Shown here: positions 13,321 to 22,576 of the stretch, one piece after another
How the letters are laid out: each line of letters starts with the position of its first letter
Numbering within the stretch: position 1 is the first letter of the stretch
IMG/VR virus record: IMGVR_UViG_3300009095_001359
Location: 1-25,705 of that record
Strand: one strand, 5' to 3'
Length of the DNA: 25,705 nucleotides
Source: a virus
Lineage: Duplodnaviria; Caudoviricetes
The notes under the pieces: model-generated
Told to the model about the DNA's origin: nothing
Database searches by the model: none
What the model saw: the letters and a program-made list of their open reading frames with translations, nothing else
Translations under genes and position numbers: made by a program

Positions 13321-13807
13321 GCCCGTATTCCCCGAAGAAGAGCAGTACCGGGGGAGGCTAACCATCCCCTACAAGGTCTGCAGCCCTGTTCACGGATGGT
13401 CCGTCGTGTCCATCAGATACAGGGCTATCGACCCGGACGATAAACCGAAATACAGGTCTCGTAAAGGCGACACAGTGAGCCTATACAACCCACCTGCACT
13501 GCTCAGAGACACAGACTATATCTGTGTAACTGAAGGCGAGCTGGACTGTATCAGTGCAGAGCAGGCAGGGCTAGCAGCTGTAGGTATCCCAGGGGCGAAC
13601 CGTTGGGAGCCTTGGATGACTCGTCTTTTCCGAGGGTATAAGGCTGTCTATGTCCTCCAGGACAATGATCCTGCAGGAGAGCTGTTTTCAGAAACTATCG
13701 CTAAAGCTGTGCCGAATACCAAAGTGATTGTGATGCGGCATGGAGACGTAAACGACACGTTGTGTGCTGAAGGGGAGGAATATTTGAGAGGACTCATCAG
13801 CGAATGA
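13163..13807 (+). CDS. DNA primase TOPRIM subunit
   Basis: YLAARGI, RLTIPY, TEGELD, DNDPAG. Confidence 0.9.
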   Translation: MQVLSGDLKKSLLKSAMSYREQLADNPAAREYLAARGITEETAQAFGLGFVAEPVFPEEEQYRGRLTIPYKVCSPVHGWSVVSIRYRAIDPDDKPKYRSRKGDTVSLYNPPALLRDTDYICVTEGELDCISAEQAGLAAVGIPGANRWEPWMTRLFRGYKAVYVLQDNDPAGELFSETIAKAVPNTKVIVMRHGDVNDTLCAEGEEYLRGLISE

Positions 13808-14577
13808 AAGTGACTGTGATTACTAGTGACCTGCAGATTCCGTACCATAATCGCAGGCAATTGAAAAAGCATCTGAAGTTCATCGGAGAATATAAACCAG
13901 ATGAGGTAATTAACATTGGCGATCTGACGGACTTCAAAGAGCCTAGTAGATGGACAAAGGGCACCCGCGAGGAGTTCGAATCCAGCATTGACGAGAATGT
14001 GGAGCTGACTAAGCGAGAGTATTTCGAGCCTCTGCGGAAAGTCTACAGCGGCCCGGTAGGTATGCATATCGGCAACCACGATAAGCGACCGCTAGACTAC
14101 AAGATGAAATACGCTCCTGCGTTGGATAAGCCAGACCATCGAACCGATGAATACTATTACGCTAACCTACTGGATTTTGACGGTTTTGGTATTACTGATC
14201 TAGGAGAGTTCCACAAGGTCGCCCGAGGCTGGAAATCCACTCACGGGCATATTGGAATCAGACTAACCCAAACGTCAGGCTCTACTGCTCTAGGAGCGAC
14301 TGTTAAACAGGATTGCTCCATCGTCATGGGCCACACTCACAGGCTAGGGCTACAGTCCAGGACTGTCGGACCTGAAGGCAGCGAGCGGACGTTCTGGGGA
14401 TTCGAAGTCGGAAACATGATGGATAAAGCCAAAGCCGATTACATCGCCAGGAATGGCGGTTTCGCTAACTGGCAGTCAGGTTTCGGAGTTATCTATGAAG
14501 ACGGGAATATGGTCTCTGCTGTTCCTGTCCCTATGGCTAAAGATGGTACTTTTATTTTCGAGGGTAGGAAATGGTAG
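13804..14577 (+). CDS. Metallophosphoesterase
   Basis: SDLQIP, GDLTD, GNHD, GHTHR. Confidence 0.9.
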   Translation: MKVTVITSDLQIPYHNRRQLKKHLKFIGEYKPDEVINIGDLTDFKEPSRWTKGTREEFESSIDENVELTKREYFEPLRKVYSGPVGMHIGNHDKRPLDYKMKYAPALDKPDHRTDEYYYANLLDFDGFGITDLGEFHKVARGWKSTHGHIGIRLTQTSGSTALGATVKQDCSIVMGHTHRLGLQSRTVGPEGSERTFWGFEVGNMMDKAKADYIARNGGFANWQSGFGVIYEDGNMVSAVPVPMAKDGTFIFEGRKW

Positions 14578-15083
14578 AAGAACAGAATAGGGAAGAGCGG
14601 CTGAATCAGCTTCTGCCTGAAATTGAGAAAGTCGCTAAGCAGCTAGCTAAAAAGTATGTCAGTATTCCTTACGATGATATCCGACAGGATCTGTGTCTTT
14701 ACGCTTGGGAAAACATCGACAAGATTAAGACTTACGGTGAAGAGGGCGGTAACCCTCTGCTGGTCTTCACCCGACACGGTAATAAGGTCTGCGGTAAATG
14801 GCTGGCGTCTGCAACAGTCCGAACCGATGAGTATTACTATTCTCCGGGTGAAGTAAGGGGGCTGCTCAGTAACGGGGCCTTGTGGGTAGAACAGGACGAT
14901 ATTCTAGGGCGTAGTGATCTGCTCATGTCATTCAAGAAACTGGATAAGCAGGACAGGGAGATTCTGGCTGCTGTCTATTTCGAAGGTCAGCCTATCCGAT
15001 CCTCTCACCTAGTTGGCAGGGCTATTGAGAAACTGACAATGCATATGAATAAGTTCACTAAACCGGAAATCAGTTATGTCTAA
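14571..15083 (+). CDS. RNA polymerase sigma factor-like (ECF-type) protein
   Basis: YDDIRQDL (region 2-like), L..QDREIL...YFEG (region 4-like); synteny after the phosphoesterase. Confidence 0.7.
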   Translation: MVEEQNREERLNQLLPEIEKVAKQLAKKYVSIPYDDIRQDLCLYAWENIDKIKTYGEEGGNPLLVFTRHGNKVCGKWLASATVRTDEYYYSPGEVRGLLSNGALWVEQDDILGRSDLLMSFKKLDKQDREILAAVYFEGQPIRSSHLVGRAIEKLTMHMNKFTKPEISYV

Positions 15084-15282
15084 GCGAAAAAAGGGCTCCC
15101 TGGTGCATTACAACCAGGCTGCAACTATCTATGGATACCAGAACAGTTTATACGGGGAATGGCTACTAGTGGGCGACAGCGGCGACCGGCCGTGTCGTCC
15201 CGAGAACTGGCCCATTGAAGACAGAGTGGCTTTCCTAGGCGGGGAGCACGCTAAAAAGTATTACAGTATTGAAGGTGTTTAA
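15076..15282 (+). CDS. Hypothetical protein
   Basis: Overlap-coupled ORF. Confidence 0.6.
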   Translation: MSKRKKGSLVHYNQAATIYGYQNSLYGEWLLVGDSGDRPCRPENWPIEDRVAFLGGEHAKKYYSIEGV

Positions 15283-15285
15283 AGA

Positions 15286-15822
15286 ATGACTCACATTGAT
15301 CCTTTTGGTTCTGCGACTGTCAGCCCCGAAGAAGAAGGAATGCAGGGAGTGGACATTCAGGCTGCTGAACGTCCACAGGCTGTTCACAGCTCTGAGGCTC
15401 TGTCTGTGACGCTGAAGGCGCACAGCGGACATGATGCGCCGTGGGTGGTTATCAAGGGCGGCACGGTTGCTGAGGTTAAGGAGACGCTTCAGGATGTTGT
15501 GCAGGCTGAGCTGCTGGATGATATCGCTGCTGCGGTGAAGACTTTCTCCGCTGTGGCTGGCCGTCCTACTGCCTCTGCTGCCTCTGCTGCTGCTCAGCAG
15601 AGCTATACGGCTCCTGCTGCTCAGGCTGCCGCTGCTGCTGCAGCTCCGGCCGCTAAGCGTTTCACGCCCGTACAGGGTGATGCTTGCGAGCATGGGCAGC
15701 TCGTTTACGACGAGTGGACTAACCCCCGGACGCAGAAGACAAGCCGCGCCTACAAGTGCCCTCTGAAGGTCGCTAACTGGCGTGATCCTAATGCTTGCAA
15801 CGCTATCAAGTGGGCGGGATAG
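15286..15822 (+). CDS. Conserved actinophage protein upstream of PolA (putative ssDNA-binding)
   Basis: VTLK..GHDAPWVV, Ala-rich linker, CEHG..C..C C-terminal domain. Confidence 0.65.
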   Translation: MTHIDPFGSATVSPEEEGMQGVDIQAAERPQAVHSSEALSVTLKAHSGHDAPWVVIKGGTVAEVKETLQDVVQAELLDDIAAAVKTFSAVAGRPTASAASAAAQQSYTAPAAQAAAAAAAPAAKRFTPVQGDACEHGQLVYDEWTNPRTQKTSRAYKCPLKVANWRDPNACNAIKWAG

Positions 15823-15843
15823 TAGCCCTAGCTAGAAACCGAC

Positions 15844-15876
15844 AGGGAGCCCTGAGACAGCATCAGGGCTCCCTTT
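15844..15876 (+). terminator. Hairpin before polA
   Basis: AGGGAGCCCTGA-7 nt-TCAGGGCTCCCT-TT. Confidence 0.6.
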
Positions 15877-15896
15877 GCCATAGGAGGGAGGATAGG

Positions 15897-17717
15897 GTGA
15901 GGCAACTTCAATACAAACTCAAAACGGAACCAATCAGAATCAACATTGTCGAAACAGATGATGACCTAGACGGATTCATTGAGTTTGTCCGGAACAACCA
16001 GACGATAGCATTCGACACAGAAACAACAGGTCTGCTGATCTACGCCAACACATTCAAAATCCGCGTGGCCCAGTTCAGCAATGCCTCCGAGTCATGGGTT
16101 ATTCCTGTAGAGCGTTCAGTGAAATGGTCTTGGCTAGCCGCTAATGCTCTTCTCAGAGCTAAACAGCTGATTATCCAAAACGCCGCTTTCGATATCCCTG
16201 TCGTTGTCAGGCATTGGGGCCTGGACATGCGAGAACTATTCGAAAAAACCATTGACACTAAAATCCTGGCGAAGCTGGTTGATTCTCGCAGTGTCGACGC
16301 AGGCGGTACAGGAGACAGTCTAGAGGATCTGACAGCACACTACATTGATAAAACGACTGCTGCAGAGATTAAAGGTCTCGCGACTGCTGAAGCTAAACGA
16401 CTGAAAATCAAGAAAGACGAGTATTTCACTAAAGTAAGCATCAGGGACCATAACTATCTGCTGTATGCGGGGATGGACCCTATCCTCACCTACCGGTTGT
16501 GGAAGATCCTAGGCAAGTTGGTTCCGTCGTCTGCGAGACAGCTAATCGGTTTCGAGCATGAAGTGCAGAGAGTCTGTACTGAGGTAAGCCACAGAGGCTA
16601 TCTGTTGGATCTGGCTTACGCTAAAAAGCTCAGCTCGAAACTGCGGGCTACAGAGACTCGGAATGTGAACGTTGCCAGATCGTATGGTATCGAGAATGTC
16701 AACTCTGATGCTGAAGTTATCGACGCTCTCAGATACTACGGATGGTTTAACATCCCTGTATCGGAGAAGGGTAACGAAAGCGTCAACGGTGACCTACTGC
16801 AGGCTCTACAGGGCAGCGGGTATAAAGACCTGGCTAAGCTCGGTAAAGCCATCCAGGAGGCCACTAGAGCCCGTAAATGGCGGAACACCTGGGTTGACAC
16901 GTTCATTCACACAGCAGACGCTGAGGGCTACTGTCACCCGTCTATCAACACTTTGCAGGCTCGCACTGGCAGGATGTCTATCACTGGTATCCCGGCTCAG
17001 ACACTGCCAGCAGGTGAGGCCAGTATCAGGCTCTGTTTCCTGGCAGAAGAGGGACACGTGTCCCTCAGCACTGACTATCAGGCACAGGAGCTGCGAGTGC
17101 TGGCAGCACTGTCACAAGACCCTGTGATGCTGGACGCTTTCAAGCGCGGCCTAGACCTACACCAGGTCACGGCAGATGCTGCAGGAGTAACCAGGAAAGC
17201 GGGCAAGGGCACGAACTTCGCTGTTGTTTTCGGCGGGGGAGTGAACGCAATTGTTACGCAGTTTGGAGTGGAGCGGACGGACGCAGAGAAAACCTATAAG
17301 GCTTTCAAAGAAACCTATTTGGGAGTGGCTGCCTATTCTCGCAGACTGAGCAATCAGGCTAAAAGACAGGGTTACATTGTCACGCCTTCCGGCCGGAAAC
17401 TGCTCATCGACCCTGACCGGCCTTATTCGGCTACTAACGCTGCGGTGCAGTCTACTGCTCGTGACGTGACCTGTAGAGGACTGCTCAGACTAGACAAGGA
17501 GGGATTCACTCCGTACATTCGTCTGCCTATCCATGATGAGATTGTCTTTAGTGTTCCTGCTGAGCATGAAGAGTACGCCGCCAGGCGGACTAACGAGCTA
17601 ATGCAGGAGGAGATGGCAGGGCTCATGATTAGTACTGAGGCTGAGGCTATGGGTAGAAGCTGGGGAAGTCTTTATGAAGATCCTGACAGTAATAGAAAGT
17701 ATGTGTTGGATAGCTAA
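15897..17717 (+). CDS. polA: DNA polymerase I (family A, 3'-5' exonuclease + polymerase)
   Basis: DTETTGL, RTGRMS, DYQAQELR, KGTNF, IHDE; GTG start after GGAGGGAGG. Confidence 0.95.
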   Translation: MRQLQYKLKTEPIRINIVETDDDLDGFIEFVRNNQTIAFDTETTGLLIYANTFKIRVAQFSNASESWVIPVERSVKWSWLAANALLRAKQLIIQNAAFDIPVVVRHWGLDMRELFEKTIDTKILAKLVDSRSVDAGGTGDSLEDLTAHYIDKTTAAEIKGLATAEAKRLKIKKDEYFTKVSIRDHNYLLYAGMDPILTYRLWKILGKLVPSSARQLIGFEHEVQRVCTEVSHRGYLLDLAYAKKLSSKLRATETRNVNVARSYGIENVNSDAEVIDALRYYGWFNIPVSEKGNESVNGDLLQALQGSGYKDLAKLGKAIQEATRARKWRNTWVDTFIHTADAEGYCHPSINTLQARTGRMSITGIPAQTLPAGEASIRLCFLAEEGHVSLSTDYQAQELRVLAALSQDPVMLDAFKRGLDLHQVTADAAGVTRKAGKGTNFAVVFGGGVNAIVTQFGVERTDAEKTYKAFKETYLGVAAYSRRLSNQAKRQGYIVTPSGRKLLIDPDRPYSATNAAVQSTARDVTCRGLLRLDKEGFTPYIRLPIHDEIVFSVPAEHEEYAARRTNELMQEEMAGLMISTEAEAMGRSWGSLYEDPDSNRKYVLDS

Positions 17718-17735
17718 TGAACGGGGAAACTAAAA

Positions 17736-17939
17736 TTGCTACGGATATCCAGCCAGACTGTTCACGAGACCAGACGACCACCATGCGACCACGGTAGCTA
17801 TCCCTACGCTATCCAAGCCTGCTACTGGTGCGAAGAGCTGGTGACCTGTCGCGAGGCGTACGCCACGAACGATGACCTATATCCGTTCATCTGTGAGGAC
17901 TGTAAGAAGGCGGTTGAAGATGACCGATTATCCCTATGA
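17736..17939 (+). CDS. Cys-rich hypothetical protein (start uncertain)
   Basis: CYWC...ICEDC. Confidence 0.5.
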   Translation: MLRISSQTVHETRRPPCDHGSYPYAIQACYWCEELVTCREAYATNDDLYPFICEDCKKAVEDDRLSL

Positions 17940-18111
17940 GTATTACGTCCCGCTGGTTAAAAAACGGGACGAAAAAGAATGCCAGGGAGAGGGCTGCACT
18001 AGAAAGCCTAATGAGAAGATGCTGCGGGTTGTAAGGCGAGATCCTTACAAGGCCGACAGTATGGAGAATTTGGTTACGGTGTGCAAGTGGTGCGCGCCAG
18101 ACTACGAATAG
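17920..18111 (+). CDS. Degenerate HNH-like zinc-binding protein
   Basis: RD..CQ..GC...NLVTVCKWC, catalytic His absent. Confidence 0.55.
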   Translation: MTDYPYEYYVPLVKKRDEKECQGEGCTRKPNEKMLRVVRRDPYKADSMENLVTVCKWCAPDYE

Positions 18112-18120
18112 GACAGGGAC

Positions 18121-18150
18121 AGGGACAGGGCTATCACAGTCCTGTCCCTT
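18121..18150 (+). terminator. Hairpin before thyX
   Basis: AGGGACAGGGCT-5 nt-AGTCCTGTCCCT. Confidence 0.55.
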
Positions 18151-18168
18151 CCTGTATAGGAGAACAGA

Positions 18169-18945
18169 GTGAAAGTAACGCTAGTCGCCAGTACATCAGT
18201 AGACCCGCTACTGCTCGCTACATCATCCAGTGACGACCCTCCGTGGAGTCCTCAACTGGAAGGCTACCGGTGTCATCCACGTACACCATTCGACTGTGTA
18301 GCCGATGCCGATGAGCTAGCAGAGTTCGCCGGTCGTGCCTGCTATCAATCATGGAACCGGCCGAACCCCAAGACAGCCACGAATGAAGGCTACCTGGCGA
18401 ACATCCTAGATCATGAACACTTCAGCGTACTGGAGCACGCCTCAGCCACTTTCTATATCGAAGGCGTGAGCCGTTCACTGACTCATGAGCTGATTAGGCA
18501 TAGGCATCTTAGCTTCTCTCAGCTATCGCAGCGGTACGTGGACGAGAGCGAGTCTGAGATGGTTAAGCCCCCTGCGGTTTCTGAGGTAGACAACCTAGGA
18601 GGTGAGTTGTCTAGGAAGTTCTACCAGGCTACCGAATCCGCAATCCATACGTATAACCATCTGGTGAGCTGCATCGAAGGTGCTGGCCTCAGCCGAAAGC
18701 AGGCTAGAGAGGCTGCCAGGTCTGTACTGCCGAACGCTACCGAAACTAAGATCGTAGTCACCGGGAACATGCGGACTTGGCGTGAAGTGCTCCTGAAGCG
18801 AGGCTCACAGCACGCAGACGCTGAAATCAGGCAGCTTGCACTGAAACTGTTCGAAGAACTGAAATCAATTGCTCCGAACTCTTTTCAGGATCTAGAAACT
18901 ACAGAGGTTAGCGGAGTGCTGACTATTAAGAGAAAGGGTAACTAG
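18169..18945 (+). CDS. thyX: FAD-dependent thymidylate synthase
   Basis: RHRHLSFSQLSQRY ThyX motif, REAARSVLPN. Confidence 0.96.
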   Translation: MKVTLVASTSVDPLLLATSSSDDPPWSPQLEGYRCHPRTPFDCVADADELAEFAGRACYQSWNRPNPKTATNEGYLANILDHEHFSVLEHASATFYIEGVSRSLTHELIRHRHLSFSQLSQRYVDESESEMVKPPAVSEVDNLGGELSRKFYQATESAIHTYNHLVSCIEGAGLSRKQAREAARSVLPNATETKIVVTGNMRTWREVLLKRGSQHADAEIRQLALKLFEELKSIAPNSFQDLETTEVSGVLTIKRKGN

Positions 18946-19130
18946 TGCGAAACATCGCTGTAGGTATGTTTACTATGTGGTTTTTTCTGATAATGTCTTG
19001 GGTCTTTCTGATTCAGGCTTTGCTAGTTTACGAGCTTCCTGCCGCGTGGCCTTTCTATATCGGTCAAGGAGTGTGCGGGGCTATTGGTGTTTCGATTGGT
19101 GCTCTCACCCATAAGCGAGGTGAATACTAG
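18945..19130 (+). CDS. Small membrane protein (2 TM)
   Basis: Two hydrophobic segments; stop/start overlap. Confidence 0.7.
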   Translation: MRNIAVGMFTMWFFLIMSWVFLIQALLVYELPAAWPFYIGQGVCGAIGVSIGALTHKRGEY

Positions 19131-19675
19131 TGCTGATTGGGCTAGCAGGCTACGCAGGCGCAGGGAAAGACACTGTAGGGAAGATCCTTACAGACTGGCA
19201 CGGCTTTAAGCGGATTGCTTTCGCTGACAAAGTGAAAGAACTGGCTCTAAAGATCAATCCGACTGTTTGGGACAACTTCGAAGAGGTCGACGTACCTCTT
19301 ATCTGGTACGTCGACAAACTGGGATGGGATCAGGCTAAACAAGACGAACAGGTCAGGGAACTACTTCAGCGCATCGGACAGGGAGCCCGTGACATTCTCG
19401 GGGAGGACGTGTGGCTTGACGCAGCAACGCGAGACTATGTATACGGTGACAAGGTTGTATTTACGGATGTCCGTTACCCGAACGAACTGGAATACATCCA
19501 TGACATGGGCGGTAATGTCTGGTGGATTCACCGCCCTGGGGTGCAGCCAGTAAACAGCCACGAATCAGAAAACTCTATCAAAATTGAAGACACTGACTAT
19601 TTCCTCAACAACAGTAATAGCGGTGCGCTGTCACTGGAAGAAAAAGTAATCCACGCTCTGGGAAGCTCTAACTAG
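19130..19675 (+). CDS. Deoxynucleoside monophosphate kinase
   Basis: GYAGAGKDT, FADKVK, RELLQRIG, TDVRYPNE. Confidence 0.92.
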   Translation: MLIGLAGYAGAGKDTVGKILTDWHGFKRIAFADKVKELALKINPTVWDNFEEVDVPLIWYVDKLGWDQAKQDEQVRELLQRIGQGARDILGEDVWLDAATRDYVYGDKVVFTDVRYPNELEYIHDMGGNVWWIHRPGVQPVNSHESENSIKIEDTDYFLNNSNSGALSLEEKVIHALGSSN

Positions 19676-19689
19676 AAAAGGGAAAAGCA

Positions 19690-21300
19690 TTGACTGAATT
19701 TGGTGACCTCGCAGAAGCAGTATACCGACAGAAATACAGCCTAGACGGTAAAGAGACCTGGGCGGACACTGCTAAGCGAGTCGTAGACAATGTTATGCGC
19801 CCGTACCTGCCTGAACTGGCAGACGCCACAGAGAAGCTCATCAGGGATCGCAAGTTCATTCCGGGTGGTCGCTACCTGTATGCGTCAGGTCGGCGAATGA
19901 ATCAGGTTAATAACTGCCTGCTTCTGCGAGCGGAAGACAGCCGAGAGGGCTGGGCCTCAGTCATGCATCGTGTGACCTCGGGACTTATGACAGGCGCTGG
20001 AATCGGTATCGACTATTCGGCTCTGCGTCCCAATGGTGCCGAGATTAAAGGCACCGGGGGAGAGTCTACAGGCCCACTGGCTCTCATGCATATGGTCAAT
20101 GAAAGCGGCCGATACATTCGACAGGGAGGCTCTCGCAGGTCTGCTCTCTGGGCTGGACTGTCCTGGAAGCATGACGACATCTATGATTTCATTGCTATGA
20201 AGAACTGGTCAGAAGAGGTTAAGGCAGCCAAGGAAGCTGATTTTAACGCTTATGCTCCTATGGATGGTACTAACATCTCTGTGATCCTGGATGACGAGTT
20301 TTTCCAGGCATATCATGATTCTGGTAGCCGTTGGCATCACAGAGCGAAAGCTGTCTATTGGGATACAGTAAACAACATGCTGCGGACGGGAGAGCCTGGT
20401 TTCAGTGTCGATACTGGGGTGAATACAGGCGAGACTCTGCGGAACGCTTGCACAGAGGTCACGTCCGCTGACGATAACGATGTTTGTAGTCTCGGCTCTC
20501 TGAACCTGGCTCGTATCGAGAATACGGGCGAGATGTACCAGGCTGTGTACCTCGGCACGGCTTTCCTGCTGTGCGGCACGCTGTACTCGGCTGTCCCGTA
20601 TGAAGGTGTGGCGGTCACAAGGGACAAGAACCGTAGGCTTGGGCTTGGGCTCATGGGTGTGGCTGAATGGCTGGCTGTCAGAGGCTACCGCTACGAGCCC
20701 TGCGAGGAGCTGGCACAGTGGCTGGAGATTTACAATCTGTCCGGCTATTTCGCAGACAAACACGCGGTAACTCTGGGAGTGAATCCGCCTGTGAAGACCA
20801 GGGCTATTGCTCCTGCAGGGACTATCAGCATCGTCGGTGAGACTACTAGTGGCATGGAGCCTATCTACGCCGCCGCCTACAAGCGGCGATACCTGAAGGG
20901 CAATCTTTGGCACGCTCAATACACTATCGACGCTGCCGCTGAGCGTCTGGTAGCTAAAGGGGTTGACCCTGACAGTCTCGACACTGCAGCTTCACTGGCT
21001 GACGAGCCTATGAAGCGAATCGAGATGCAGGCTTTTCTGCAGGAGTATGTGGACCACGGGATCAGTTCTACTATCAACCTGCCAGCCTTTGAGGATCAGT
21101 CTTTCAGCGTTGAGGAATTCGGAGACATGCTAATTGGCTACCTGCCTCATCTGCGAGGCATCACAGCCTACCCAGATGGTTCTAGAGGCGGCCAGCCTCT
21201 GAACGCTGTTAGCTACGCGGAAGCGTCCGCTAACGCGGGTGTGGAGATTGTGGAAACCGGGAATGAAGAGGCTTGCGTCTCGGGAGTCTGCGGAATCTAA
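19690..21300 (+). CDS. nrdJ: Class II (B12-dependent) ribonucleotide reductase
   Basis: NNC, NACTE, CSLGS, IAPAGTIS, C-terminal CxxGxC; no adjacent R2 gene. Confidence 0.85.
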   Translation: MTEFGDLAEAVYRQKYSLDGKETWADTAKRVVDNVMRPYLPELADATEKLIRDRKFIPGGRYLYASGRRMNQVNNCLLLRAEDSREGWASVMHRVTSGLMTGAGIGIDYSALRPNGAEIKGTGGESTGPLALMHMVNESGRYIRQGGSRRSALWAGLSWKHDDIYDFIAMKNWSEEVKAAKEADFNAYAPMDGTNISVILDDEFFQAYHDSGSRWHHRAKAVYWDTVNNMLRTGEPGFSVDTGVNTGETLRNACTEVTSADDNDVCSLGSLNLARIENTGEMYQAVYLGTAFLLCGTLYSAVPYEGVAVTRDKNRRLGLGLMGVAEWLAVRGYRYEPCEELAQWLEIYNLSGYFADKHAVTLGVNPPVKTRAIAPAGTISIVGETTSGMEPIYAAAYKRRYLKGNLWHAQYTIDAAAERLVAKGVDPDSLDTAASLADEPMKRIEMQAFLQEYVDHGISSTINLPAFEDQSFSVEEFGDMLIGYLPHLRGITAYPDGSRGGQPLNAVSYAEASANAGVEIVETGNEEACVSGVCGI

Positions 21301-21360
21301 ACAACTCCAGTTGCTGACATACAAAGAATAGAAACTCTCAGGTCTGAGAGTTGAGAGTTT

Positions 21361-21392
21361 AGGGAGCCTTGGCGGATGCTGAGGCTCCCTTT
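21361..21392 (+). terminator. Hairpin after RNR
   Basis: AGGGAGCCTTGGC-GGAT-GCTGAGGCTCCCT-TT. Confidence 0.6.
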
Positions 21393-21410
21393 GTATCTGA
21401 GGGACAGAAA

Positions 21411-21566
21411 ATGGAATGCAGTATTCATGATGCGGAGCTAGAGCAGGTCTACCCAGAGGACACAGAGCTGACTATGTGCGAGGACTGTGCATCTGGACTG
21501 TCTGGGCAGTCTGTGGAGATGGTCAGGCTCTATGAAGCGGCTAGACAATACAGAGGAGATAACTAG
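21411..21566 (+). CDS. Small CxxH/CxxC protein
   Basis: ATG after GAGGGA. Confidence 0.55.
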   Translation: MECSIHDAELEQVYPEDTELTMCEDCASGLSGQSVEMVRLYEAARQYRGDN

Positions 21567-21567
21567 G

Positions 21568-21963
21568 TTGATTCCTATCTATTCGACTAATAACGCTGCT
21601 GCAGCTGACCTGTACGCGACTAAGAGTGTCTGGATCGACTCAGGCGATTACGCCTCTGTACCTACAGGGGTTACAGGAGAGGAGCTGTTCGCGGGTCTCG
21701 ATAGCCATCACTGTGCTTTGATCTGCCCTAGGTCAGGGCTGGCTCTGAAGCAGGGCATTACTGTACTGAACTCCCCCGGGATCATTGATTTTGACTATAA
21801 GGGTGAGGTCGAGGTCGTCCTGATTAACCACAGCAGGAGGGAGCGGATCATTCAGGCTGGCTCCCGTATCGCGCAGGTTCTGCTCGTGAAGCGAGCCTGG
21901 AACTTCGATTTTGAGATTGCAGACACTGACCGCACAGGCGGTTTTGGAAGCACAGGGGAATAA
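21568..21963 (+). CDS. dut: dUTPase (start TTG 21568, alternatively ATG 21532)
   Basis: PRSGLA, GIIDFDYKGE, RIAQ, RTGGFGSTG. Confidence 0.93.
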   Translation: MIPIYSTNNAAAADLYATKSVWIDSGDYASVPTGVTGEELFAGLDSHHCALICPRSGLALKQGITVLNSPGIIDFDYKGEVEVVLINHSRRERIIQAGSRIAQVLLVKRAWNFDFEIADTDRTGGFGSTGE

Positions 21964-21965
21964 CA

Positions 21966-22328
21966 TTGTACGAATACACTTATAGTACTAAAGCCAGCAT
22001 TAATGGCAGGATCATTCCAACTGAACTTATCTACTCTGAAGAAGACCCGTTCGCTGTTCAATTCAAATTCTATAGCGACGGTAAAACCACTACCTGGTAT
22101 TTCTCCTATGAGCTGTTTATCAAGGGCATTACGTCCCGCCGCTGGGTAGGACTCGGAGACATCCAGGTCAAGAAAGCGAAGCATTCGATTATGCTTAAGC
22201 TTCATGGACAGGACCACAGTGCAACTGTAGGGCTGATCCCTGAAGACGTTGACGCATTCCTTAATAGTTTCGATCCGGTTGAGCTGGATTTCGAAGAGGA
22301 ACTGGAAGACCTTATTAAGGGTAACTAA
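21966..22328 (+). CDS. SsgA-family sporulation/cell division protein
   Basis: L.Y...DPFAV.F.F.....W.FS.EL...G......GLGDI is the SALP signature. Confidence 0.82.
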   Translation: MYEYTYSTKASINGRIIPTELIYSEEDPFAVQFKFYSDGKTTTWYFSYELFIKGITSRRWVGLGDIQVKKAKHSIMLKLHGQDHSATVGLIPEDVDAFLNSFDPVELDFEEELEDLIKGN

Positions 22329-22528
22329 TGCAGGTGCATACTGAAGAGAACCGAGTCAAGACAGCCACAGCCGAATACGGACACGGAAACGAACAGCGGA
22401 AACTCACGCTGACGAACGATAACGGCATGTTCACTATCCGACTTTCTACCACTTCCAGGATGACGGAGCTAGAGCTGACTCCTGAAGAGGTGGCGGACCT
22501 GTCTAGTTTCGCTGTGGCAATGCTGTAG
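22328..22528 (+). CDS. Hypothetical protein
   Basis: TAATG coupling. Confidence 0.65.
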   Translation: MQVHTEENRVKTATAEYGHGNEQRKLTLTNDNGMFTIRLSTTSRMTELELTPEEVADLSSFAVAML

Positions 22529-22532
22529 CAAC

Positions 22533-22568
22533 AAAAGCGCCCCGGACCCAACAGGGTCCGGGGCTTTT
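22533..22568. terminator. Bidirectional terminator
   Basis: AAAA..GCCCCGGACCC-AACA-GGGTCCGGGGC-TTTT between convergent genes. Confidence 0.85.
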
Positions 22569-22576
22569 CTGCGTCT

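Noticed and set aside
15795-15896. N-terminal extension of PolA
   Set aside because: Crosses a hairpin and the previous gene; a strong RBS supports GTG 15897
17190-17240. PolA motif B with Phe in place of the usual Tyr (NFAVVFG) as a sign of modified-base DNA
   Set aside because: Conservative change, and no base-modification genes are visible in the window
20209-20919. Long antisense ORFs (also 11386-11982, 6083-6574, 15235-15693)
   Set aside because: Opposite well-supported genes, with no RBS or recognisable motifs
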